A stretch of DNA of 64,000 bases from an uncultured Clostridia bacterium (lineage in GTDB: Bacteria; Bacillota; Clostridia; TANB77; CAG-508). Position 1 is the stretch's first letter, and each line of letters begins with the position of its first letter. Where the stretch lies: positions 68,962 through 132,961 of the forward strand of contig CATLHF010000001.1 of NCBI GenBank assembly GCA_949948835.1, given 5' to 3'. Below, in pieces: positions 50,811 through 59,497 of the stretch. The notes beneath the pieces were generated by a model. It saw nothing but the letters and a program-made list of their open reading frames with translations. It ran no database searches and was not told where the DNA came from. Made by a program: the position numbers and the translations under genes.

Positions 50811-51056
50811 TTATGATCTGGGTACCCAATACACCGCATAGCCTGCATCTTCTGTCCAGAGAATGGACATGTTTTGGCTAATCTGCTCAATATCTTCAAT
50901 CGGTCCAATCTCAAGTTGTTCTTTGTCTAACATCGGTCCAAGTGAACAACCTCCGACTTCCACTTTCGTAAGAACCAGCTTTTCTCCAATTTTGGGGTAT
51001 CTCCGAATATCATATCCGAAATACACATTTCCAACATAAATATTTTTTTCTACCAT
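50811..51056 (-). CDS. hypothetical protein (orphan, G+C-enriched islet)
   Basis: 81-aa ORF beginning MVEKNIYVGNVYFGYDIRRYPKIGEKL... Line 50821-50880 has 29/60 G+C. Confidence 0.55.
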   Translation of the reverse strand: MVEKNIYVGNVYFGYDIRRYPKIGEKLVLTKVEVGGCSLGPMLDKEQLEIGPIEDIEQISQNMSILWTEDAGYAVYWVPRS

Positions 51057-51261
51057 AAGCTCTTTCCTCCATTGAATTTATAAGTTGCTTTGCTATTATG
51101 TTACATTGCCAAACCAATGGAATTACAAAATGGTTTGTACATTAATATTATACAACATTATGTAAAATTTAGCAATAACTATTGCATGCATTATGTAGAC
51201 ATGGTATAATATAGTTGATTTTTATTAATGGAACTATAATACAACACAAGGAGGATTCCCT

Positions 51262-51525
51262 ATGAAAAATGAATTAACAATCTATACCCCTAACGGCACC
51301 TTCACTGAATATCGGAATGTAGAGCATTTTCAGACTCTGGATAACGGCATCAGCATGTTTACAGTTGGATCTGATACTGTGAGCATGGACAGCTCATCTC
51401 CTGGAGTCAGAAACTCTCTTCCCGTTGGCATGACAGTAAAGTTTAACTTTTCTTTTGTTTATGAAGATTACTCTGAAACAGACCTTAGAGAGATTTCGGA
51501 TGAGAGTGACGGCGGTCATTGGTGA
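51262..51525 (+). CDS. hypothetical protein (orphan, same islet, divergent)
   Basis: 87-aa ORF with an AAGGAGG RBS. Line 51301-51360 has 24/60 G+C. Confidence 0.55.
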   Translation: MKNELTIYTPNGTFTEYRNVEHFQTLDNGISMFTVGSDTVSMDSSSPGVRNSLPVGMTVKFNFSFVYEDYSETDLREISDESDGGHW

Positions 51526-51560
51526 TCATTAGTTCCACATCCAACTGAAGTTTAGTTGGA

Positions 51561-51595
51561 AAAAGCCTTGGCGAAATTTATTCGTCAAGGCTTTT
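51561..51595. terminator. bidirectional rho-independent terminator
   Basis: aaaagccttggcgaa-attta-ttcgtcaaggctttt. Confidence 0.7.
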
Positions 51596-51606
51596 ACTTT
51601 ATTATT

Positions 51607-52164
51607 TTATTCCTCTGTTTTTGCTTCTTCTGCAACTGGAGCAACTTCAGCTGTTTCTACAACTTCTTCTTTTACTGTATCAACAACTTCTTCTACTACT
51701 ACTTCTGTAGTTTCTACTGCAGGAGCTTCTTCTGGAGCTACAGCTGTTTCTTCTACAACTTCGCTGGCTGGTTCTTCTACCATTTCTTCTTTTAAAACGA
51801 TTTCTTTATTTTCAATTCTTGCACCTAATTTTTCTTTTGTCTTAGATGCTTTACCTACTCTGTCTCTTAAGTAGAATAATTTTGCTCTTCTTGCTTTACC
51901 TACTCTTATTAATTCTACTTTTTCAACTAATGGTGAGTGAACTAAGAATGTTTTTTCAACACCTACACCATAAGAAATTCTTCTTACTGTAAATGTTTCA
52001 TTTAGTCCTCCACCTTGTTTTTTAATAATAATTCCTTCAAATACTTGAATTCTTTCTCTATTTCCTTCTTTAATTCTAACATGAACTCTTACTGTATTTC
52101 CAACATCTAATACTGGAACTTTGTTTTTTAATTGTTCATGTTCAATTGATTTTATAATATCCAT
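51607..52164 (-). CDS. rplS: 50S ribosomal protein L19 with a ~67-aa acidic C-terminal extension
   Basis: The canonical L19 core (..[40 protein letters not shown]) is followed by an E/V/A/T-rich tail. The protein is 185 aa, against a typical ~115 aa. Confidence 0.95.
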   Translation of the reverse strand: MDIIKSIEHEQLKNKVPVLDVGNTVRVHVRIKEGNRERIQVFEGIIIKKQGGGLNETFTVRRISYGVGVEKTFLVHSPLVEKVELIRVGKARRAKLFYLRDRVGKASKTKEKLGARIENKEIVLKEEMVEEPASEVVEETAVAPEEAPAVETTEVVVEEVVDTVKEEVVETAEVAPVAEEAKTEE

Positions 52165-52184
52165 TTGAAAATTTTCCTCCTTCT

Positions 52185-52904
52185 TTATTTATTTTCTTTC
52201 AAATTTTTGATATATTCTATTTCCTCTTTCGTAAAACTTTCCTTTTCTAGCAAATCTGGTCTTTTTTGATAGGTCGTTTCGATTGCCTTTTTTCTTCTCC
52301 ATTTTTCAATATTTTCGTGATGTCCAGACTTTAATATTTCTGGAACCTCTCGTCCTTTAAATGTTTCTGGCCTTGTATATTGCGGATATTCTAATATTCC
52401 ACTTGCAAAAGATTCCTCTTTTATAGAATCAGAATTTAGTACCCCTTCAACATATCTTGCTACACTATCAATTAATACCATTGCAGGAAGTTCTCCTCCT
52501 GTTAAGACATAATCGCCAATTGAAATTTCTTCTGGAGCAATTTCATCAATTACTCTTTCATCAATTCCCTCATAATGTCCACATAAAAGAATGATATGCT
52601 TTTCTTTACTTAATTCTTGAACTTTTTTCTGGTCTAATGTTTTTCCTTGTGGAGTTAAATAAATTACTTTTGCACCATCCGTTTTTACTGAGGCATAAGC
52701 ATCATACACAACATCTGTTCTTATTACCATACCAGCTCCACCACCATATGGAGTATCATCTACTTTTTTGTGTTTATCTTTTGAAAAATCTCTAATATTC
52801 GTAATACTAATATCAATATTTCCATTTTTCATTGCTCTTCCAATAATGCTTTCCTTTAGAGGTGTAAACATTTCTGGAAATAATGTTAAAACATCAAATT
52901 TCAT
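52185..52904 (-). CDS. trmD: tRNA (guanine37-N1)-methyltransferase
   Basis: [13 protein letters not shown]...[11 protein letters not shown]...[12 protein letters not shown]. Confidence 0.95.
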   Translation of the reverse strand: MKFDVLTLFPEMFTPLKESIIGRAMKNGNIDISITNIRDFSKDKHKKVDDTPYGGGAGMVIRTDVVYDAYASVKTDGAKVIYLTPQGKTLDQKKVQELSKEKHIILLCGHYEGIDERVIDEIAPEEISIGDYVLTGGELPAMVLIDSVARYVEGVLNSDSIKEESFASGILEYPQYTRPETFKGREVPEILKSGHHENIEKWRRKKAIETTYQKRPDLLEKESFTKEEIEYIKNLKENK

Positions 52905-52913
52905 AATAACTCC

Positions 52914-53420
52914 TTATATTAGTCCATTTAACAAGTGAACAATCATCTTTTTATTTTGAATATCAACTGTTTTTACCACTTGGCTAATTGCTGGTAATAA
53001 GATTTGTTTTCCCTCTTCATTTTTAACAACATAAATATCATTGCTTCCCGTTGGATAAACATCGATAATCTTACCTAATGTTTCTCCTTCTTCGGTTTCT
53101 ACTTCCATATCTAATAAATCAACAATAAAATACGTATCTTCTGGTAATTCTACTGCATCTTTACGGTCTATTTTTAAATAACAATTTCGGTAGTTTTCAG
53201 CAATATTAATATCATCTATTCCTTTTAATTTCAAAAGCACCATATTTTTTGAATACTTTACTTCTTCAATTTCAAAAGTTTCTAACCCTTTTTTGGTTTG
53301 AAGATAAATGCTTTCCAAATCCTCGAATCGATTGATGTTATCTGTAAAAGGCATTACTTTTACAAATCCTTTAATTCCATAAGTATTTACAATTTGACCA
53401 ATTTCCATTAACTGCTCCAT
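52914..53420 (-). CDS. rimM: 16S rRNA processing protein RimM
   Basis: IGQIVNTYGIKGFVKV... with a PRC barrel C-terminus. It sits in the conserved operon position. Confidence 0.9.
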   Translation of the reverse strand: MEQLMEIGQIVNTYGIKGFVKVMPFTDNINRFEDLESIYLQTKKGLETFEIEEVKYSKNMVLLKLKGIDDINIAENYRNCYLKIDRKDAVELPEDTYFIVDLLDMEVETEEGETLGKIIDVYPTGSNDIYVVKNEEGKQILLPAISQVVKTVDIQNKKMIVHLLNGLI

Positions 53421-53431
53421 ATAACAATTCC

Positions 53432-53665
53432 TTATTCTTCTACAAATTCAATATTTACTTTTTTATTTTCTTTTGTAGCAATTGCTTTTGCAACAGTACG
53501 AATGGCTTTTGCAATTCTACCTTGTTTTCCAATTACTTTTCCCATATCAGAATTTGCAACTTTAACGCTAAAGCTGATTGCATTTTCTTTTTGGGATTCC
53601 ATAATTTCAACTTGGTCTGGATTTGCAACTAAATTTTTAATTATTATTTCAAGCATTTCTTTCAT
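53432..53665 (-). CDS. ylqC: KH-domain RNA-binding protein (YlqC family)
   Basis: The VIGKQGRIAKAIRTV KH motif is present. The start is set at MKEMLEII, after the rpsP stop. Confidence 0.85.
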   Translation of the reverse strand: MKEMLEIIIKNLVANPDQVEIMESQKENAISFSVKVANSDMGKVIGKQGRIAKAIRTVAKAIATKENKKVNIEFVEE

Positions 53666-53678
53666 AAATCTGCTCCTC

Positions 53679-53912
53679 CTAGTTTGCTTTTTCAATTAAA
53701 GCTTTAACTGTATCTGTTGGTTTTGCACCATTTTTAATCCATGTTGCAACTTTTTCTGCATCTAATACGATTGTAGCTGGATCTGTCATTGGATTGTATG
53801 TACCAATTTGTTCAATGATTTTTCCATCTCTTGCTCTTCTTGAGTCAGCAACAACAATGTGATAGAATGGAGCTTTTTTAGCACCTACTCTTTGTAATCT
53901 GATTTTTACCAT
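53679..53912 (-). CDS. rpsP: 30S ribosomal protein S16
   Basis: [30 protein letters not shown]... Confidence 0.95.
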   Translation of the reverse strand: MVKIRLQRVGAKKAPFYHIVVADSRRARDGKIIEQIGTYNPMTDPATIVLDAEKVATWIKNGAKPTDTVKALIEKAN

Positions 53913-53973
53913 TTTATTTTCACCTCCTGAAAATGTATTAATTTATATAAATTTAAAAATTTAATAACATAAT

Positions 53974-55323
53974 TTATAGCTTAAATCCTTTTAAATCTTC
54001 TGGATTGATTCCTTTTAACATGTTTTTCATGCCTTTATCGGTTTTCATTTTTTTCATCATTTTCTGTGTCATTTCAAAAGAATTCATAAATTTATTAACT
54101 TCTTGTACGGTTGTTCCAGAACCTTCTGCAATTCTTTTTCTTCTAGAACCATTTAATAGTTTTGGATTTCTTTTTTCTTTTTTGGTCATAGAACAAATAA
54201 TTGCTTCAATTCTTACAAATTCTTTATCATCAATTTTAACATCTTTTAGTGCATTCATTCCGGGTATCATCTTTAAAATAGAAGAAAATGAACCCATTTT
54301 TTTCATTTGTCTTAGTTGTGTTAAATAATCATCTAGGTCGAACTCTTGCTTTCTTAATTTCTGTTCTAATTTTAATGCTTCTTCTTCATCAAAAGCTTCT
54401 TCTGCTTTTTCGATAATGGATAACACATCACCCATTCCCAAAATTCTAGATGCCATTCTTTCTGGATGAAATACTTCTATATCACTTAATTTTTCACCTG
54501 TTGCTGCAAATTTGATTGGTCTACCAGTTACTTTTTTAACCGATAACGCAGCACCACCACGGGTATCTCCATCTAATTTCGTTAAGATAACACCATCAAT
54601 TCCTATTTCTTCATTAAAAGATGTTGCTACATTAACTGCATCTTGACCTGTCATGGCATCAACTACTAAAAGAATTTCATATGGTTTTAAATTTCCTTTT
54701 AGGTTTTTAAGTTCTTGCATTAATTCTTCATCGATATGTAATCGCCCTGCTGTATCGATAATAACAACATCATTTAGTTTAGAAATAGCTATATTCATTG
54801 CTTGTTTTGCAATATGAACAACATCTTTGGATTCTTCATTTGCAAAAACAGGAATGTTTAATTGTTTTCCTACTACTTGTAATTGTTTAATAGCTGCAGG
54901 TCTGTATACGTCACAAGCAACTAATAGCGGATTTTTTCCTTGTTTTCGAAGTAGATTCGCTAGTTTTCCAGCTGTTGTTGTCTTTCCAGAACCTTGAAGA
55001 CCTACTAGCATAATAACAGTTGGTGGATTTGGATTAAAATTAATTTTACTTTCAGTTCCACCTAGTAGCTCTACTAATTCATCTTTTACAATTTTAATAA
55101 CTTGTTGTCCTGGTGTTAACGACTTTAATACGTCTTGGCCAAGTGCTTTTTCATTTACATTTGCCATAAATTCTTTTACAATTTTATAGTTAACATCTGC
55201 CTCTAGCATCGCAAGTTTTACTTCTCTTAGCATTTCTTTTAAATCGCTTTCGGTAACTCTTGCACTACCCTTAATTTTTCTTGTAATTTCTTGTAATCTT
55301 GAAGATAATCCTTCAAAAGCCAT
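53974..55323 (-). CDS. ffh: signal recognition particle protein Ffh
   Basis: An NG domain (GLQGSGKTTT, DTAGRL, TKLDGD) and a Met-rich M domain. Confidence 0.97.
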   Translation of the reverse strand: MAFEGLSSRLQEITRKIKGSARVTESDLKEMLREVKLAMLEADVNYKIVKEFMANVNEKALGQDVLKSLTPGQQVIKIVKDELVELLGGTESKINFNPNPPTVIMLVGLQGSGKTTTAGKLANLLRKQGKNPLLVACDVYRPAAIKQLQVVGKQLNIPVFANEESKDVVHIAKQAMNIAISKLNDVVIIDTAGRLHIDEELMQELKNLKGNLKPYEILLVVDAMTGQDAVNVATSFNEEIGIDGVILTKLDGDTRGGAALSVKKVTGRPIKFAATGEKLSDIEVFHPERMASRILGMGDVLSIIEKAEEAFDEEEALKLEQKLRKQEFDLDDYLTQLRQMKKMGSFSSILKMIPGMNALKDVKIDDKEFVRIEAIICSMTKKEKRNPKLLNGSRRKRIAEGSGTTVQEVNKFMNSFEMTQKMMKKMKTDKGMKNMLKGINPEDLKGFKL

Positions 55324-55350
55324 ATCTTCCTCCTATTTCCAAGGTAACCC

Positions 55351-55698
55351 TTATACTAAACAATTTAGTTCTTTTTTCACATGTTCTAAAATACTAGCAA
55401 TTTTCTTGTCTGAAAATTTTGTTTCAATTTTTCCTAATTCTAACAGTATTTTTTCGATTTGTTGTTCTTGTTCTAATGTCTTTTTCATAATTCCTAGCTT
55501 TTCTTCATATTCGAAAAGTTTTGCTTCCCCCTTCATGATATTGTCTCTTACTGCTTGCCTTGTAATACTATAATTTTCAGCAATTTCTGATAAAGAATAA
55601 TCATTATTATAGTAATCATCTAATACATTAAATTGTTTCTCCGTTAACAACTTTCCATAGATTTGGCAAAGGAGACTTATTTTCACATTTTTTTCCAT
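55351..55698 (-). CDS. ylxM: UPF0122 / YlxM putative DNA-binding protein
   Basis: A sigma-70 region-4-like HTH (YSLSEIAENYSITRQAVRD) in the conserved position upstream of ffh. Confidence 0.85.
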   Translation of the reverse strand: MEKNVKISLLCQIYGKLLTEKQFNVLDDYYNNDYSLSEIAENYSITRQAVRDNIMKGEAKLFEYEEKLGIMKKTLEQEQQIEKILLELGKIETKFSDKKIASILEHVKKELNCLV

Positions 55699-55728
55699 AC
55701 AATTACCTCTTTTTTGTAATGCTAATAT

Positions 55729-55757
55729 ACTTTACACTATTTTTCCCAGTTTGTCAA
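55729..55757 (-). promoter_or_regulatory. sigma-A promoter of the ylxM-ffh operon
   Basis: The minus strand reads TTGACA-17 nt-TAAAGT. Confidence 0.55.
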
Positions 55758-55788
55758 GAGTTTTCCTGGATTTTTAATAGTTTTTTTA

Positions 55789-55821
55789 AAAAATAGATGC
55801 CACATTGTGATATCTATTTTT
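55789..55821 (-). terminator. terminator after the decayed pilin-like gene
   Basis: aaaaatagat-13 nt-atctattttt, with a T-run on the minus strand. Confidence 0.55.
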
Positions 55822-55844
55822 ATCCACCATTTTCTTTTCAAGTT

Positions 55845-56635
55845 TTATTGTTCTACTAATTTAAACGGATTTGTTTTAGTTCCGTCTCCACTATTTGTTT
55901 TAATATCTGATATTAAAGTTATAACCGGACGAACTGCTTTCGACCAAGTATAGGAAGCTTAGTGACCTTCTGGGAACATTATACTTCCTGTCTCTCATAC
56001 TCTATAAATATAGCTCCCACTATTCCAGTATGTACCACCATTGGACGTCCAAATCACAAAAAACGAAGCATCCAGTCCTTTTACACTTTGATTATCATTC
56101 AACTGTCGATAGGCTAACCAATATTCTTCTCCTATATTACCTATCTCCTGAGCATTTTGACTTTTGTTGCATATTTATCATTTACATAGTTTCTGCAATA
56201 TTTAATGTTTCTATTCCTTCATTATAAGATTCTTTTGCTTCTTCTAAATCACTACTTCCTAATGTTACTTTTCCCACTGATTCTGCACTTATTATTTGTA
56301 GTCCATATGTTTCATCATTATATAACACTTGCCACAATCCATTGTAGCCATTTCCACCATTATATTCCACATAATCTCCCGGTTCACTTTTGTTTTTAGC
56401 GTTACCGTTTCTACTGGCATTTGTGTATTGTCTTCACCAGCTATTATATTTTGTGCTTCGTTAAAGAAATCTCCAATTACTTGTTGTTCATATTCTGCTA
56501 CATTTTGATAATTCTTTCGTGCTTCTTTTGCCATTGTTAAAATTCCATATTCACCTATTGTTAAGTTTATTGTAATTCCTGCCAAAATTAGTAATACAAT
56601 GATCGTGCTATAAGTGTTATCCCTTTGTTTTTCAT
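55845..56635 (-). pseudogene. decayed third copy of the pilin-like paralogue family
   Basis: ATG 56635 gives MKNKGITLIARSLYY-stop. The shifted frame continues TIIVLLILAGITINLTIGEYGILTMAKEARKNYQN (ORF 56292..56585). Further fragments include 56182..56370. The C-terminal remnant ..VRPVITLISDIKTNSGDGTKTNPFKLVEQ-stop ends at 55845. Confidence 0.65.
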
Positions 56636-56660
56636 TTTTCTTTTGTCTCCTTATTTATTT
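56421..56660 (-). repeat. conserved 5' module (RBS + first ~70 codons) of the pilin-like family, copy C
   Basis: By eye, it aligns almost base for base with 57721-57960 and 59061-59300. Confidence 0.7.
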
Positions 56661-56863
56661 TTTCTTTTATCTTTTCTATTTCTTCTTTCTTAAACGCTGT
56701 TAATTCTTCTCTTTCTATTTTTATTCCCCCCTTTTAATTTGTTTTTTTCTTTTTTGATTTCTAAGTTTTAGAATTTTAAGAATACTTTTTGACTTTCTTT
56801 GATTCAATTTCTTTGAATAAAACAATTGATATAAATCATATGTTCACTATACCATAAACAACG

Positions 56864-56901
56864 AAAAAGCAAACATTTTTTATTAAAATATTTGCTTTTT
56901 T
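56864..56901 (-). terminator. terminator after pilin-like copy A
   Basis: aaaaagcaaa-17 nt-tttgcttttt. Confidence 0.5.
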
Positions 56902-56907
56902 ATACAT

Positions 56908-57936
56908 TTATTTGGTTTGCAAATCCCACATTTGAGTTGTCTGATTCCACTTTGCTGTAATTCCAGTTTTTAAATGAACAACTGGGCGTATTCCAAATTT
57001 ATCAATGTTTATCCCTGCTATATTTAAGCCATTTGTATACTGCAATGTACATAAACACTCAGGATCCCCACTTACAGAACCATAATATCCATGTGGTGTA
57101 GCAAAAAAGTAACCATTGTTACTACCATTTAATTCTGTATATGGAAAATACAATTCGTCCTTTATACTTAAGTCCATAGTAATTACAGAAGATGATTGCT
57201 TAGAATAGCTAATTCCATAGCCACCAGAACCTATTAAATTAAGTTTACTACTATGATTAGTATTATTCTTTTCATCATAACTTCGTAAAAACATTACTGA
57301 AGTTGGTCCACCCACAGCTAAATCTGCATAATCATCATTTACAAAAGATGTCCAATTATTTGTGTTTAACAATACAGATGCAACTTTCGAATTTTTATAA
57401 TTGCTATTTAATTTGTCTTGCATAAATAATTCTGCGTTTGTTGACCAATTTGATTGAAATGCAGGTACAGTATTCCAAATGGCATTATATTCACCACTAG
57501 TTTGTATATTAGTTGATATTGTTGGTATTTTAACAGCTGGTATGCATTCAGAAGGCATTATAAATACTTCCCCATTAGCATCTTTATAAAATATTTTCCA
57601 TTCCTCAATTCCATTTACACTATATTTTACTTTATCCCCATAGTAATTTGAGCTTAAGGCATCACTCAGTTTAACTATGGCTGTTGGTCGTCCGCTTTCA
57701 TCTGGATTGGTTTCACTTCCATTTCCTCCAGCAATAATATTTTGTGCTTCATTAAAGAAATTTCCTATTGCACCTTGCTCATATTCTGCTGCATTTTGAT
57801 AATTCTTTCCTGCTTCTTTTGCCATTGTTAAGATTCCATGTTCACCTATTGTTAGGTTTATTGTAATCCCTGCTAAAATTAGTAATACAATAATTGTGAT
57901 AACTAGTGCTATCAAAGTTATACCTTTGTTTTTCAT
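56908..57936 (-). CDS. pilin-like protein with a prepilin-type N-terminal hydrophobic segment (copy A)
   Basis: MKNKG|ITLIALVITIIVLLILAGITINLTIGEHGILT.. This is a class III signal-like N-terminus, but with Ala instead of Glu at +5. The C-terminal domain is unique and ends ..FGIRPVVHLKTG... Confidence 0.7.
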   Translation of the reverse strand: MKNKGITLIALVITIIVLLILAGITINLTIGEHGILTMAKEAGKNYQNAAEYEQGAIGNFFNEAQNIIAGGNGSETNPDESGRPTAIVKLSDALSSNYYGDKVKYSVNGIEEWKIFYKDANGEVFIMPSECIPAVKIPTISTNIQTSGEYNAIWNTVPAFQSNWSTNAELFMQDKLNSNYKNSKVASVLLNTNNWTSFVNDDYADLAVGGPTSVMFLRSYDEKNNTNHSSKLNLIGSGGYGISYSKQSSSVITMDLSIKDELYFPYTELNGSNNGYFFATPHGYYGSVSGDPECLCTLQYTNGLNIAGINIDKFGIRPVVHLKTGITAKWNQTTQMWDLQTK

Positions 57937-57960
57937 TTTTCTTTTGTCTCCTTTTACTTT
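57721..57960 (-). repeat. conserved 5' module of the pilin-like family, copy A
   Basis: See copy C. The shared strings include gcattttgataattctttc, ttaaagaaat and ctcatattc. Confidence 0.7.
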
Positions 57961-58241
57961 TTTGTTTTATTATACATTTGCATTTAGGAGAACTCAATAA
58001 AATATGTTGTTTTTTAATATAATGATTCTACATAATTGTCTTTTTATCGTTACAAAAACAAGACATTTATAAAATTGTTTTTAGCATTTCTTAATATTTT
58101 CCTGGTTTTTCTTTCCTAATTTTAATACTTGTCGTTCTTCTTCAATAATTAACTCTAAAAAGCTTATCTGCATCTGCATAGCCATAATGTTCATTAATAG
58201 CTCTAATTTAAATTTATTTGAATATTGGAACATAAAAAGAA

Positions 58242-58280
58242 CCCCCAATTATTAAACTTTTTTGTCTAATAATTGGGGGG
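58242..58280 (-). terminator. terminator after pilin-like copy B
   Basis: cccccaattatta-13 nt-taataattggggg, with a T-run on the minus strand. Confidence 0.75.
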
Positions 58281-58310
58281 TACTTCAAATCTGATATCTG
58301 TTCTTATTTA

Positions 58311-59276
58311 CTATTTACTTAATATAAAAGTACCATCTTCTGCATCCACTTTTGCATATATACCTTCACTTTTTACACTAAAACAAATACGATAATTATT
58401 TTGATAAATTTGGTTAATGTAATCTAATGTACCATCTGCTGCTATAGATATAGGTATCGTCATGGAACCATCAGAATTTCTTATATTGGTCATATATTTA
58501 ACTTTTCCATAAACACCAACTGCACCTGCGCGACAGCACAAGTCCCACTTTATTCCCATCTTTTTTAGTTGTTCCATATCTTTTTTGTAGCTTTCGCCAT
58601 ATATAACAAGTCCTGTATTTCTTGATGTCCATCCCGATGGAAGAGTCCATGACGAGTTCAACTCCTCAGCTCTTCCCCCATCATCATTTTTATTGATAAA
58701 CATACCATTTGATACAGTTGGATCGGTTCCCACACATCTAGCATCATATACATAATCTGTATTAATATAAGCTGCTGTCCCCCTATTTGCTACTTCAACA
58801 TGATTATTCCAATTATCTCTTGCTTGTTCCCATGTCGTTCCTCCAAATGATGCTGTAGAATAATCCGTTGTTGTTACAAGTTGCAAGCCATATTCAGATT
58901 CTATAGGATATAATACCTTACAAGAAATTACTCCATTTTTTCCTTTAGACTCCACTCCTGTATCATATTTTATAGTATCTCCTACTTTTAGTTCACTTAA
59001 TTCTATTTTTGTTTCTGGTTTATCGTTTCCTCCTGGATTTGTTCCTGTTCCATTACCATTTCCACCTGCTATGATATTCTGTGCTTCGTTAAAGAAATTT
59101 CCTATTGCACCTTGCTCATATTCCGCTGCATTTTGATAATTCTTTCCTGCCTGTTTTGCCATGATTAAGATACCATGTTCTCCTATTGTTAGATTAATTG
59201 TAATTCCTGCTAAAATTAATAATACAATAATTGTAATCACAAGTGCTATTAATGTAATACCCTTTCTACTTTTCAT
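58311..59276 (-). CDS. pilin-like protein with a prepilin-type N-terminal hydrophobic segment (copy B)
   Basis: MKSRKG|ITLIALVITIIVLLILAGITINLTIGEHGILIMAKQAGKNYQNAAEYEQGAIGNFFNEAQNIIAGGNG is followed by an unrelated C-terminal domain. Confidence 0.7.
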   Translation of the reverse strand: MKSRKGITLIALVITIIVLLILAGITINLTIGEHGILIMAKQAGKNYQNAAEYEQGAIGNFFNEAQNIIAGGNGNGTGTNPGGNDKPETKIELSELKVGDTIKYDTGVESKGKNGVISCKVLYPIESEYGLQLVTTTDYSTASFGGTTWEQARDNWNNHVEVANRGTAAYINTDYVYDARCVGTDPTVSNGMFINKNDDGGRAEELNSSWTLPSGWTSRNTGLVIYGESYKKDMEQLKKMGIKWDLCCRAGAVGVYGKVKYMTNIRNSDGSMTIPISIAADGTLDYINQIYQNNYRICFSVKSEGIYAKVDAEDGTFILSK

Positions 59277-59300
59277 TTTCTTTTGTTCCTCCTATCTTAA
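59061..59300 (-). repeat. conserved 5' module of the pilin-like family, copy B
   Basis: By eye, roughly 85-90% identical to copy A over about 200 nt. Confidence 0.7.
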
Positions 59301-59384
59301 ATTTCCTAGTTTTGTATTTTACTATTTGTATGAATAGTATGCACAATTTAAAACAACTTCATACTTGTTTAATACCATGGCATT

Positions 59385-59413
59385 ATTTTATGATTACTAA
59401 TGATATTTGTCAA
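59385..59413 (-). promoter_or_regulatory. sigma-A promoter upstream of pilin-like copy B
   Basis: The minus strand reads TTGACA-17 nt-TAAAAT. Confidence 0.5.
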
Positions 59414-59454
59414 GTGTTTTGTTTATTTATTTATTAAATTTTATTGGTAAAATA

Positions 59455-59489
59455 AAGGAGGATAGTAATATTGCTTACTATCCTCTTTT
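59455..59489 (-). terminator. terminator after valS
   Basis: The minus strand reads AAAGAGGATAGTAA-GCAATA-TTACTATCCTCCTTT followed by ATTTTA. Confidence 0.65.
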
Positions 59490-59497
59490 AAAAAATT

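Noticed and set aside
51556-51795. 79-aa Phe/Cys-rich plus-strand ORF
   Set aside because: It is antisense to the repetitive rplS tail. It has a low-complexity translation and no RBS.
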